Shown here piece after piece: positions 30,412 through 45,174 of a stretch of 64,000 nt of DNA. The number at the start of each line of letters is the position of its first letter. Position 1 is the stretch's first letter. Under the pieces are notes generated by a model that ran no database searches, was not told the DNA's origin, and saw only the letters and a program-made list of their open reading frames with translations. This DNA comes from the human T2T-CHM13v2.0 reference genome, Homo sapiens: assembly GCF_009914755.1 (NCBI RefSeq), contig NC_060926.1; one strand, written 5' to 3'. Position numbers and translations under genes: made by a program.

Positions 30412-33400
30412 CCTATTTTTGAATGTCTTATAATGTAAATTTTGTTAAAAATTTGGACATTTAAAAATATAATGTAGCCACTCTGTAAATCAGACATCTC
30501 CTTCCCTCTAGAATGTTTGTTTTTATTTATTTGTTTTTTGTTGTTGTTGTTGTTGTTTCTGTTGTTGCTGTGTTTAGTGTCTATATTGTTTGATGGATGT
30601 GACAACTGAAGTCTTCGCTCAGCTTAGTGGGCAGCTAATAATTGGGCAGAGATTTCCTTATATTTCTTTGGCCAATAAATCTAACAGTCTTTTCCTAAAG
30701 GCTCTGTGTGTGTTGGGACATATCTTCAAAGCTTCAGCAAGCAGTTTCTAACTCTGCTTTAGCCTTCATTTCCTGCTTCTGCAAATCTTCCAGGTCAACA
30801 AGAAGTGAGAGATAAAGGCCATTTTGTGTTGTTTCTAGGCAAGTACACAGTCCTTTACATATACATATATTTCTAGATTCCATGGAATCTGATATTCTCA
30901 GGAATGCCTAATATTCCCAGGAATAGCAGAGCTTTTCAACACCCCCTATGGACATCTCATTCCCTACTTTTTCCTTTAAGTTTTTTGGTTAGCCTCTTGT
31001 TGGTCCCCACTGTTTATTAACAGTTTATTAATAATACATGTTTATTAACATTTATTGTTTTCAATAAATACCCTAGGAATGCAACTATTTTCACAGAGCA
31101 AATAAAGACATGGCTTGAGAATGGAGATTTTTTAGGGAGATATTTTTCTGGCCAAGAAGTGACCATCCTCTGGGGATCTGGCTTTCAGGTTCTGTTCTGT
31201 CCGTTTCAGTGGCTGACATGCTGCTGTTTTTCACAGCTATTGAAGTTTTGAGGTTGTTGGTTTTTAAGGCTACCACAGAGCTGAAGAAGTCGTGGCATGG
31301 TAGGAATAGGATAAGTTGAATCACCAGAAAGCTCACTATACTTATGGAGATCCAGTTGTTTTTCTTGGATAAACACTTTTTGGATTAATGGCAGCTTTTA
31401 GTTTGTTTACAGAATAATGACAAAGACGATATTGGCATTTTGGGGTCAATATTCTAGTTGCTTTTATACAGGAGCAGATTTTTACAGGTCTTCACTCTGG
31501 CATCCTAGAAGTGTTTCAATTATTGAATATTTTATTATTTTAATACTACAAAACATTTCCCATTTACTATTAATGGATAATTGTATGATTTCCACTTTTT
31601 CTGTCATTGCAAACATGCTGAACTATTAATTCTTGTCAGACCAAATTCTGTCATTCCTTGACCATATCTTGCACATCTCTGTTCTTGGCATACTAATGCC
31701 TCAGCCAGTAGTGCCTTCCTTCTTTTATACCCCTTGTGAGCCTCAATCTCTGCTCAAACATCCACCCTAATTATTGCCTCCTTTCTGAGATCTTCTGAGG
31801 TCCTTTCACCCACTTAGTTGTGTTCTCTCAGATACTTGACTTTGATTTCTAGTGTAGGGTTTATCCCACAGTATTGAAACAACTTGTACACTTGCTGACA
31901 TTCCATCTAGATGCTCAGGTCCTAGGGAAAAGGTATTTTCTGGGTCATTCTTCATCCTGAGTTCTTCAGATTATTAACTTTCCTGTGCTATATCACCTTT
32001 TCATGGCTTCCCAGAATACCATCCTTGTCTTTTAATCATTTATACTATGTATACTATGTATACTATGGGCATTATATCTTAAAACCAGTCCATTGTGCAA
32101 GTATGTGTTTCAACTGGCCAATAAATCTCAGTACATCAGGACCATTCTTTTATAATTCCCCAACACTCCCTTAGTTTAATCATAGCCTACATCTATTTGG
32201 CTGTGACCCCCTCTCAGCTGCTGATCTCAGGATTTTACCCCCTCTCACACCTCCCTTTGAACATGGTACCTGAAAAGTTTGCTTTCCTGTACCATGATCT
32301 GATCTCTGTATTCAGTGCCCAATCCCAGTCTTACTCTCTCTGTCCTCCTCCCCTGGCTCTCTGCACTGGCTTGTTTCAGGAGGTTGGGACACCATACAGT
32401 GCACCATCAATTCAGTGTCATACTGGAGGAGGAAGATGTTCACAAATCATAGGCACAGAATTGCAGGCCCTGGGGAAGTATATCAGATCTAACCATATAC
32501 TATATCAGATTTTTCCAAGCTCTGGGCCAGGGATGAAGAATCAAAGGACCCCCAGGTAACAGACCAGTGACAATTTTAGAAATGCAGAGTGGTGGAGGTG
32601 TCAGAGAGACAGCTGAGGTGCCCTAGAAAATTCATCTAAAGTAGGACATAGAAAAAGAAGAAAAGAATTCAGTCCTGAGATAAGGTGTGGCAGGAACAAG
32701 TACATCGGCAAGTTTCTGACGGGCTCTAACTCCAGCCTATGCACAATGTCATCTGCGTCCCTGAGACCAAAGGTAGGACTCCCCACCAGGCTTTAATGTC
32801 CTGTAGGAGAAAAAGTTCCAGTCACAAGGGGCTTGGTAGTTCTTTCATGGGTTTATTCAGGGGTTATTGCCATTTGGTAACAATGAAGAATCACTGAGAT
32901 CTTCTGCTATCAGACATAAAACAATAGTTACAATTTCAAAACCCTTAGGAGTTTTAAGGACTACTCATACCCTGACTATTTGATTTCTCCCTAGTCCCAA
33001 AATAGCCAGCAGGTAACTATGTGTACTGCACCATACAGCATTCATGTATTCATTTATCTGTCTTTTATATAAAAATGCTGTTTGTCATGAAGGATGTAGG
33101 AGAGGAGGACATAGTCTGTTGATTTGCTGTAGAGAGAACTAAAAAAGACTTCAAGTATTCTCTGTCTTGTCATTTGGCAATTTTAAATGCTGCATTGCAT
33201 CCATTCACAACAAAGAGGGGTGAATCTGTCTAACAAAAAGGTACCTGCCCCTTGATTGCTGAGCTTGTGATGGCCTGTTAGATTTCCTGATGTGGAATTG
33301 GTTTAAAATGCAGAAAATAGTGTCTATTTTCTGATTGAAGTTCACTGTGGTTTGGACTTAACGTTCTTTTTTTTTTCTTTTCTTCTTTTGGCACAATAAT

Positions 33401-34251
33401 TACTACATCAGGCAAGTCAGTCAGTCCTCCTATGTCTGAGGGGAGGTCAGAGCACCTAGGCTAAACATACATATTTTAAAAGAAAGAACAGACAGACATG
33501 TATAATAAAGATGGTTCCTATAAGAATTTTATCTGGGAGTGAATGAGAAAATACAAGATGCAAGAAGTGATCAATGTTATTGTTCATCATAATTTGTGTT
33601 CCTTTTGTCTATTTTCCTCCTGAAATAGAAAGTGAGATGGTAAAATAGTTGCAGGTCTTATTTTAAACTAGCCTAAGAAGAAATGTGCCTTTTCCTGTGA
33701 TTGACTCAATTTTAAAAAATAATAATTTGAAGAGGTAAAAAGTATTCTGTCTGAGGAAGCAGGTTTTAGATAATCTAAGGTCAAGTTTATGAGGCTCCGG
33801 ATCAATTACTGAAAAATCAATTGTATTTTAATCATTGATCAGATTTGGTTATCTTGATAAGTAAAAGCACTAGAATTTTCTAAAATCTTGTACTTGATTG
33901 TAGGATTATTAGTAAACAGATCAATTCAACCTATAGACCCAAAACAATCACTTCATCTTAAAAATATTTGAATTGTTCTGACAATCATGTAGGATGATAA
34001 AGTAAAGCTCTGTTTATTCACTAAATGAACCAAGTCATCTAGGGAGTAGAATTTACCCCATTAGGTCCCATGACTTTTTTGTGTGTCTGTGGGTACATAG
34101 TAGGTGTATATATTTATGGGTTACATGAGATATTTTGATACAGGCATGCAATGCATAATCATCACATCAGAGTAAATAGGCATTTATCCTCTGTGTTACA
34201 AACAATCCAATTATACTCTTAGTTTAAAAACGTACAATTAAAGTATTTTTG

Positions 34252-34590
<339 letters not shown>

Positions 34591-37500
34591 TTATTTATTC
34601 TTTCTAACTATCATTTTTGTGCCCATTAACCATTCCCACTTATCTCCACCCCACCAAATCCCCACCCGCCAGCAACCCTTCCCAGCCTCTGGTAACTGTC
34701 CTTCTACTCTTTATTTCCATGAGTTCAATTATTTTAATTTTTAGCTCCCACAAATAAGTGAGAGCATGTGACATTTGTCTTTCTGTGCCTGGCTTATTTC
34801 CCTAAACATAATGACCTCCAGTTCTATCTACGTTGTTGCAAATGATGAGATCACATTCTTTTTTATGGCTGAAAAGTACTTCATTGTGTATATGTACCAC
34901 ATTTTCTTTATCTTTTCATCTGTTGATGGAAACTTAGGTTGCTTCCAAATCTTGGCTATTGTGAATAGTACTGCAATAAACATGGGAATGCAGATATCTC
35001 TTCAGTATACCGATTTCCTTTCTTTTGGGTATATACTTGGAGTCAGATTGTTGGATCGTATGGTAGCTCTTTTTATAGTGTTTTGAGGAACCTCCAAAAT
35101 GTCCTCCATTGTGATTGTACTAATTTACATTCCTATTAATGGTGTATGAGGGTTTCCTTTTCTCTACATCCTTGTCAGCTTTTGTTATTGCCTGTCTTTC
35201 AGATAAAAACCATTTTAACTGAGGTGAGATGATAGCTCCTTGTAGTTTTGATTTGCATTTCTCTGATGATCAATGATGTTGAGAACTTTTTCATATGCCT
35301 GTTGCCATTTGTATGTCTTCTTTCGAGAAATGTCTATTCAGATATTTCACCCATTTTTAAATCAGATTAGATTTTTTCCTATAGAGTTGTTTGATCTTCT
35401 TATATATTCTGGTTATTAATCCCTTGTCAGATGGGTAGTTTGCAAATATTTTCTCCCATTCTGTGGTTTGTCTCTTCACTTTGTTGATTGTTTCCTTTGC
35501 TGTGCAGAAGCCGTTTAACTTGATGTGTTCCTATTTGTCCATTTTTTCTTTGGTTGCCTGTGCTTATATGGTATTACTCAAGAAATTTTTGCCCGGTGCA
35601 ATTTCATGGAGAGTTTCTCCAATGTTTTCTTTTACTAGTTTCATAGTTTGAGGTCTTAGACTTAAGTCTAATCCATTTTATTTTTGTATATAGTGAAATA
35701 GAAGTCTAGCTTCATTCTTTTGTATATGGATATTCAGTTTTCCCAGCACTATTTATTGAAGAGATTGTTCTTTCCTCCACTGCATGTTCTTGGAAGATTT
35801 GCCAAAAATGAGCTCACTTTCAAAAATGAATAGTTGTATGGATTTATTGCTTGGTTCTCTATTCTGTTCCACTGATCTATATGTCTGTTTTTTATGTCAG
35901 TATCATGCCATTTTGGTTACTATAGCTCTGTAGTATAAAGTCAGGTAATGTGATTCCTCCAATTTTGTTCTTTTTGCTTAGGATAGCTTTGGCTATTCTG
36001 GGTCTTTTGTGGTTCCATATAAATTTTAATATTTTTTTTCTATTTCTGTGAAGAATGTCATTGGTATTTGGATAGGGATTGCATTAAACCTGTAGATTGC
36101 TTTGGGGAGTATGGACATTTTAACAATATTTATTCTTTCAATCCATGAGGATGAAATATATTTCCATTTTTTGTGTGTCTTCAATTTCTTGCATTAGTGT
36201 TTTATAGTTTCTATTGTAGACACATTTTGCTTCTTTGGTTAATTCCTAGGTATTTTATTTGTAGCTATTGTAAATGGAATTACTTTTTTTATTTTTTTTC
36301 ACATCGCTTTCTGTTGACATATAGAAATGCTACTGATTTTTGTATGTTGGTTTTATATCCTGCAACTTTACTGAATTTGCTTATTCCAACAGTTTTTTTG
36401 TGGAGTCTTTAGGTTTTTTCAAATATAAGATCATATCATCTGTAAGCAAGGATAATTTGACTTCTTCCTTTCCAATTTGAATGTCCTTTATTTCTTTCTC
36501 TTGTCTTATTTCCCTAGGTAGGACTTTAAGTACCATGTTGAATAATACTGGTGAAAGTGGGGATCCTTGTCGTGTTCCCAATCTTAGAGGGAAGGACTTC
36601 AGTTTCAGTTTGTCCCTATTTGGTATTATTTGAGTTATATGTCCATCATATATGGCTTTTATTATGTTGAGGTATATTTCTTCTATACCACACTGAGGTT
36701 TTTTTTTTATCATAAAAGATGTTGAATTTTATCAAATCTTTTTCAGCATCAATTGAAATGATGATATGGTTTTTGTCTTTCATTCTGTTGATATGATACA
36801 TCACATTAATTGACTTGCATATATTGAGCCATACTTGCATCCCTGAGATAAATGCCACTTGGTCATGATGAACGACCTTTTTTAATGTTGTTGAATTTGG
36901 TTTGCTAGTATTTTGTTGATGATTTTTACATCAATATTCATCAGGGATATTGGCCTATAGTTTTATTTGATTGATGTGTCTTTGTCTGGCTTTGGTATCA
37001 GAGTAATACTGGCCTTGTAGAATGAGTTTAGAAGTATTCCCTCCTCCTCTATTTTTTAGAACAGCTTGAGTAGGTTTGGTATTAGTTCTTCTTGAAAGGT
37101 TTGGTACCATTCAGCAGTGAAGCCATCAGATCCCAGGCTTTTCTGTGCTAGGAGACATTTTTTTACAGCCTTGATCTTTGATATTGGTCTGTTCAGGTTT
37201 TGGATTTCTTCAGGCTTCAATCTTGGTAAGTTGTATGTGTCTAGTAATTTATCCATTTCTTCTAGATTTTCCAATTTATTGGCATATAGTTGCTCAACCT
37301 AGCCATTCAAGATCCTTTCAACTTCTGCAGTATCAGTAGTGATGTCTCCTTTTTCATCTCTGATTTTATTTATTTGGATCTTCTCTCTTTTTTGCTTAAT
37401 TACTCTAGCTAAAGATTTGTCATTTTTGCTTGTCTTTCAAAAAAGAGTTTTTGTTTCATTGATCTATTGTATTGTTTTCTTCATTTCAATTTATTTCTGC

Positions 37501-39860
37501 TCTGATCCTTATTATTGCCTCTCTTTCTACTAATTTTGGGTTTGGTTTGCTGCTGCTTTTCTAGTTCTTTAGGATGGCTTGTTAGGTTGCTTATTTAAAG
37601 ATTTTCTCCTTTTTTGATGTAGCCAGTTACAGCTATAAACTTTCCTCTTAGTACTACTTGTACTGTATCCAATAGCTTTTGGTATGTTGTTTCCATTATC
37701 ATCTGTTTCAAGAAATTTTTCATTTTCCTTCTTAATTGCTTCATTGACCCCACTGATCATTCAGGAATATATTATTTGATTCCAATATGTTTGTATAGTT
37801 TCCAAAATTCCTCTTCTTATTGATTTCTAGTTTTATTCCAATGTAATCAGAGAAGACATTTTGTATTATGTCATTTTTTAATGTTTTAAGACTTGTTTTA
37901 TAATCTAACAGATGGTGTATCCTTGAAAATGATCCATATGCTGCTGAGGAGAAGAATGTGTACTCTGCAGCCATTGGATGAAATATTCTGTTAATATCTC
38001 TTAGGTTTATTTTGCCTACAGTACAGATTAAGTCTGATGTTTCTTTGATTTTGTCCAGTGCTAAAGTGGGGTGTTGAAGTCTTCAGCTATTGTTGTATTG
38101 AAATCTATCTCTCTCTTTAGCTCTAAGAATATTTGCTTTATATATCTGGGTGCTCCAGGGTTGGGTGTATATATATCCATTCAGCCACTCTACATCTTTT
38201 GATTGGAGAGTTTAGTCCATTTATATTCTATCTTATTATTGAAGGTGATTTTCTCTGGTGGTATAATTTAATTTCTTGCTGTTTATTTTTTGTGCATCTG
38301 CTGTATAGTTCGTGATTTGAGGTTTCCATGAGACTTGCAAATATTATAACCTATTATTTTAAGCTGATAACAACATTGTTTTCACAAACAAACAATAAAA
38401 ACTCTACACCTTAACTTGATCCCCCCTGCTTTTCAACTTTTTATTGTTTCTGTTTGTACCTTATTGTACTATGTCTTGAAAAGGTATTGTAGTTATTACA
38501 TTTAATTGGCTCATCTTTTAGTCTTTCTACTTAATATGATAGTAGTTAATATACCACAGTTACAGTGTTATAATATTATGTGTTTTTCTATGTACTGACT
38601 ATTATCAGTGAATTTTATACCTTCAGATTATTTTTTATTGCTCATTAATGTCCTTTTCTTTCTGATTGAAGTACTGTTTGTAGCATTTCTTGTAGGGCAA
38701 GTCTGGTATTGATAAAGTCCCTTAGATTTTGTTTGGGAAAGTCTATATTTCTCTTTCATATTTGAAGAATAATTTCACCAGATATACAATTTTAGGGTAA
38801 AAGTTTGTTTTTTTCCTTCAACACTTTAAATATGTCATGCCACTGTCTTCTGGCCTGTAAAGTTTCCGCTGAAAAGTCGCTGCCAGATGTATTGAAGCTC
38901 CCTTTTATGTTTTGTTGTCTTTTTCTCTTGCTGCTTTTAGGATCTTTTCTTCATCTTTAACTTTTAGGAGTTTGATTATTAAATGCCTTGTGGTAGTCTT
39001 TTTGGAGTTAAATTTGCTTGGTGTTCTATAACCCTCTTGTATTCAGATATTGGTATCTTTTCCTAGATTCGGAAGTTCTCTGTTATTATCCTTTTGAATA
39101 AACTTTTTACCTCTGTCTCTTTCTCTATATCCTCTTTAAAGCCAATAACTTTTAGATTTGCCCTTTTGAGGCTATTTTCTAGATCTTGTAGGCATGCTCT
39201 GTTGTTTTCTATTCATTTTTCTTTTGTCTCCTCTGACTGTGTATTTTCAAATAGTCTGTCTTCAAGCTCACTAATTCTTTTTTCTGCTTGATCCATGCTG
39301 CTATTAAAATACTCTGATGAATTCTTTAGTAGGTCAATTGAATTTTTCAACTCCAGAATTTCTGCTTGATTCTTTTTGATTATTTTAATGTCTTTGTTAA
39401 ATTTATTTGATAGAATTCTGAATTCATTTTCTGTGTTATCTTGAATTTCTTTGAGTTTCCTTAAAACAGCTATTTTGAATTATCTTCCTGAAAGGTCACA
39501 TAACTCTGTTTCTCCAGGATTGGGCCCTAATGTGGTGCCTTACTTAGTTTATTTCATGAGATCATCTTTCCTGGATGACACTGATGCTAGCAGATGTTCT
39601 TTGGTGTCTGGACATTGAAGAGTTAGGTATTTATTTTAGTCTTCACAATCTGGACTTGTTTGTACCCGTCCTCCTTGGGAAGGTTTTCCAGATATTCAAA
39701 ATGACTTGGGTACTGTGATCTAAGCTATATATGTATTAGGGGCACCCCAAGTCCAGTAACACTATGGTTCTTACAGACTCTAGAAGTATCACTTTGATGG
39801 TCTTGGATAAGATACAGAAGGATTTTCTGTATTTCCAGGCAGAGACTCTTAGTCTCTTTC

Positions 39861-42218
39861 TTTTTTTTTTTTTTTAATTTTACTTTCAGTTATGGATACA
39901 TATGCAGAACATCCAGGTTTGTTACATAGGTATACATGTGCCATGGTGGTTTGCTGCACCTATCAACCTGTCATCTAGTTTTTAAGCCCCACATGCATTA
40001 GGTATTTGTCCTAATGCCCTCTCCTCGCTTTTCCCCCACCTCCCGACAGGCCCTGGTGTGTGATGTTCCCCTCCCTGTGTCCATGTGGTCTCATTGTTCA
40101 ACTCTCAACAATGATTGAGAACAGGTGGTGTCTGGTTTTCTGCTCCTGTGTTAGTTTGCTGAGGATGATGGCTGCCAGCTTCATCCACGTCCCTGCAAAG
40201 GACAGGAACTCATTCTTTTTTATGGCTGCATAGTTTCCATGGTGTATACGTGCCACATTTTCTTTATCTAGCCTATCATTGACAGGCATTTGGGTTGGAT
40301 CCAAGTTTTTGCTATTGCAAATAGTGCTGCATTAAACATACATGTGCATGTGTCTTTATAGTAGAATGATTTATAATCCTTTGGGTATATACTCACTAAT
40401 GGGATTGCTGGGTCAAATGGTATTTCTGGTTCTAGATCCTTAAGGAATCATCACACTGTCTTCCACAATAGTTGAATTAATTTACACTCCAACCAACAGT
40501 GTAAAAGCGTTCCTATTTCTCCACAGCTCCACCAGCATCTGTTGTTTCCTGACTTTTTAATAACCACCATTCTGACTGGCATGAGATGGTATCTCATTGT
40601 GGTTTTGATTTGCAGTTCTCTAATGATCAGTGATGATGAGCTTTTTTTCATGTTTGTTGGCTGCATAAATGTCATTTTTTGAGAAGTGTCTGTTCATATC
40701 CTTTGCCCACTTTTTGATGGGGTTATTTTTTTCTTGTAAATTTGTTTAAGTTCCTCATAGATTCTGGATATTAGCCCTTTATCAGATGGGAAGATTGCAA
40801 AAATTTTCTCTCATTCTGTAGGTGCCTGTTCACTCTGATGAAAGTTTCTTTTGCTGAGTGGAAGCTCTTTAGTTTGATTAGATTCCATTTGTCAATTCTG
40901 GCTTGTGTTGCAATTGCTTTTGGTGTTTTAGTCATGAAGTATTTGCTAATGCCTGTGACCTGAATGGTATTGCCTAGGTTTTCTTCTAGGGTTTTTATGG
41001 TTTTAGGTTTTACACTTATGTCTTTAATCCATCTTGAGTTAATTTTTGTATAAGGCGTAAGGAAGGGGTCCAGTTTCTCTTTTCTGCATATGGCTAGCCA
41101 GTTTTCCCAGCACCATTTATTAAATAGGGAATCCTTTCTCCATTTCTTGTTTTTCTCAGGTTTGTCAAAGATCAGATGGTTGTAGATGTGTGGTGTTATT
41201 TCTGAGGCCTCTGTTCCAATCCATTGGTCTATATGTCTGTTTTGGTACCAGTACCATGCTGTTTTGGTTACTGTAGCCTTGTAGTATAGTTTGAAGTCAG
41301 GTAGCGTGATGCCTCCAGCTTTGTTCTTTTTGCTTAGGATTGTCTTGGCTATATGGACTCTTTTTTGGTTCCATATGAACTTTAAAGTATTTTTTTCTAG
41401 TTGTGCGAAGAAAGCCAGTGGTAGCTTGATGGAAATAGCATTGAATCTTTAAATTACTTTGGGCGGTATGGCCATTTTCATGGCCATACCATGAAAATGT
41501 ATGGTATTTTATTTTTCCTATCCATGAGCATGGTATGTTTTTCCATTTGTTTGTATCCTCTCTTATTTCCTTGAGCAGTGGTTTGCAGTTCTCTTTGAAG
41601 AAGTCCTTCATGTCCCTTGTAAGTGGTATTCCTACGTATTTTATTCTCTTTGTAACAATTGTAAATGGTAGTTCTCTCATGATTTAGCTCTCTGCTTGTC
41701 TATTGTTGGTGTATAGTAATGCTTGCAATTTTTGCACATGTATCCTGAGACTTTGCTGAAGTTTCTTACCAGCTCAAGGAGTTTGGGGGCTGAGACGATG
41801 GGCTTTTTTAAATATACAATCATGTCATTTGCAAACAGAGACAAAAGGGTAGTTCAACATATGCAAATCAATAAACATAATCCATTGCATAAACAGAACC
41901 AATCCCAAAAACCACATGATTACCTCAATGGATGCAGAAAAGGCCTTTGATAAAATTCAACATCCCTTCATGTTAAAAACTCTCTATAAACTAGGTATTG
42001 ATGGAATATATCTCAAAATAACAAGAGCTGTTATTGATAAACCCATAGCCAATATCATACTGAATGGGCAAAAGTTCAAAGCATTCCCTTTGAAAACCAG
42101 CACAAGACAAAGATACCCTCTCTCACCACTCCTATTCAACATAGTATTGGAAGTTCTGGCCAGGGCAATCAGGAAAGAGAAAGAAATAAAGTGTATTCAA
42201 ATAGGAAAAGAGGAAGTC
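39861..42218 (-). mobile_element. 5'-truncated, 5'-inverted L1PA (about PA8-PA10); minus part 39861-41844, inverted plus part 41845-42218
   Basis: Poly-T and L1PA 3' UTR; ORF2 fragments on minus (41297-41680) and plus (41916-42257: [14 protein letters not shown]...[15 protein letters not shown]); TSD tctttctttt at 39855-39864 / 42217-42226. Confidence 0.93.
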
Positions 42219-43424
42219 TTTCTTTTAAATAACAACAAAAAAATCTATCTCTTCTGAGCTGCCTGGAGCTGGGGGTGGGGTGACGCAAGCACTCCTGTGG
42301 CCACCATCATTTAGATTGTTCTCAGTCAGACTAGATGCCAGCACAGCACTGGGTCTCACCCAATGCCCACTGTAACCACTATCTGGTTACTGCCTATGAT
42401 TGCTCAAGGACCCAGGGCTCTACAGTAAGCAGGTGGTAAAGCCAGTCAGGTCTGTATTCCTCCCTTCAGGGCAGCAAGTTCCCCCAGGGCCTGGGTGGGT
42501 CCAGAGGTGCCATCTGGGAGTTAGGAATTACAGCCAAAAACCTTAGAAGTCTATCTGTTTTTCTATTGTACTGAAAGTGAGCTGGCACTTGAACCATGAG
42601 ACACAGTTCATCCCACTCTTCTCTCCGCTTTCCATGGGCAGTGGAGCTTCACCCTGTGGCCACCACGACTACAGGCCCATGGGCTCTTCAGTCAGCTTAT
42701 GGTGAATGCTGCCCAGCCTGGGACTCACTCTTTAATGCAGTCAGCTCCCCTCTGGTCCTTGACATGTCCAGAAATGCCATCCAAGAGCCACGGCCTGGAA
42801 TTGGGGACCCTAAGAGCCCACTTGATTTTCTACCTCCTGTGACTGAGCTGGTACTTAAGGTACAAGACAAAGTCCCCTTTACTTTTCCCTCTACTTTTCT
42901 CAAGCAGGAGTCTTTCCCCATAGCCACCACCCCCAGGAATGTGCTGAGTTTCACCCAAGGCCCATAGTGTACTATCTGTGTATCACTCCTGGTTATTCAG
43001 AGCCCAAAGGCTCTTTAGTCAGCAGGTGATAGGTCCTGCCAGGACTGGGTTTGTCCCTTCAAGGCAGCAGGTTTGCTTCTGGCCTAGGATGTGTCTAGAA
43101 ATGTCACCCAGGAGCTAGGGCCTGTGAAGGGGGCCTCACGATTCTGACTGGTGCCCTACCCTACTGCAGCTGAGCTGGTATCCAAGATGAAAAATAAAGT
43201 ATTCATTACTCTTCCCTCTCCTCTCTGTAAGTGGAAGGAAGGGGTCTTTTATGGAGCCCTGAGCTGTGCAGCCTGGATTTGGAGGAAGGGTGGCACAAGC
43301 ACTGTCTTAGCTGCCAGGGATGGAAAATTTACTTCACACATTTTAATTTAAATATGTCCACATGTTGTATCTCTGTTTTACATAGTGAATTCTGTTGAAA
43401 TTCAGTTCCATGGCTTATATTATA

Positions 43425-43615
43425 AGTGTGGATAAAAAGGTTTTCAAAGTCAAGTAAATTTGGGCAATGCAGGGTTAAGCAATGCAAAAACAACATAAAA
43501 AGTTGTGTTTATTATAGGGGTATTTTACATGCTAGTATTATGCAGTGTAAATCGCCTAAAGTTTACATGGAATGCAGTATTGCAAAACCTCATCTGGCCA
43601 TAAAACCCTCTTATT
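43425..43615. mobile_element. MER103-like hAT-Charlie fragment
   Basis: aaaaggttttcaaagtcaagtaaatttgggcaatgcagggttaagc ... atgcagtattgcaaaacctcatctggccataaaaccc (internal inverted pair). Confidence 0.5.
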
Positions 43616-44793
43616 TTCATTCATTTTTGAGGGACTGCTATATCATGAAATATACTTAACAAAATATATTATAACTTTTCCTGCCTTTTTAAATATACTG
43701 AATATTTTTCTTCGTGACCAATATATTTTTGCCGATCAATATAATTTTGAGTTGTAATATGGTGGATAACCTTAGATGCTATTGAGGAATATGGAGTAAT
43801 TTTTCCCTACATTAAATGCCAAGTAGTGACGTATATGTATGTGTCTGTGTATGTGTACTTCTTTGGTCCATTTTTTAAAAAAATTCACTGGAAGCTGTCT
43901 ATTATTCATATGACTCAGGTGTGACGTTTCTGTCCCTTTGGGCATTGTCTGTGTGCATGCCTCTAGCGATGTCTTCACCACCTGTTATATTTCATTTCTT
44001 AATTGCTGCAAATTAAGAAGCCAAATGAAAAGTAATTTGAGAGAAAAGCACAGTGAAGGGAGGAAAGACAATCAGGGCCATTTGGAAACAATTAGAATCA
44101 TGCATATCTGACTTTGAAATCTGGCTCTGCCTCTTACCAGCTGTGAAACTCTGGGCAAAGAATGAGACCATTCTGAGTCTCTGTTTTCTCATCTACACAA
44201 TGAAAGCAGTGGTATCTGTAGAAGAGAAAAAGCTACTGCCTGTCTTCCTGCTTGTCTACCTACCTTACACTAGGTTCCTCTACCACTCAAGAGATGAGGA
44301 GTTTCTCATTAGGTGGCTCAAACACTAGCGTATTAATTTTGCCCCATTTACTTGTACACAGATCCAATGTACCTTCAGTGGCCACACACATACATGAGGG
44401 CCCCAATTGGGTCATGGTCAGCTTCTTCTTTCTCCTCTTTCCTCCTTTCATCTGGAGTAAGAGGATGACAAAGTTGGATTCAAGCCCTGAAGCAAGGTGG
44501 AAGCCAGCACACTTTTCTCAGAGAGCTTATGTGGGCATTGACCCAGCTAATAATGAGAAAGGATTTTCATTTTCTTTCTGCTGCCATTCACTGTATTTTC
44601 CAGAGTTCAATCTGGAATCTCTGAGCAGACGTTTTCTGTAGGGTTGGATTTGCCCTATACTTTGGTCACTTTTTCCGACAAATGCCACAGATATCTTAAG
44701 ACACCTACCTCATTCTACTTCACAGTAGAAGACAGAGAATTAAATAATGTCACTCTAAAGTTGTTTTTTGGAAGAACTCTTATTTTTATTTTA

Positions 44794-45174
<381 letters not shown>

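Noticed and set aside
36381-42257. Reverse transcriptase/endonuclease-like ORFs as a possible retron or novel RT system
   Set aside because: Fragments of decayed L1 ORF2 with many stops and frameshifts
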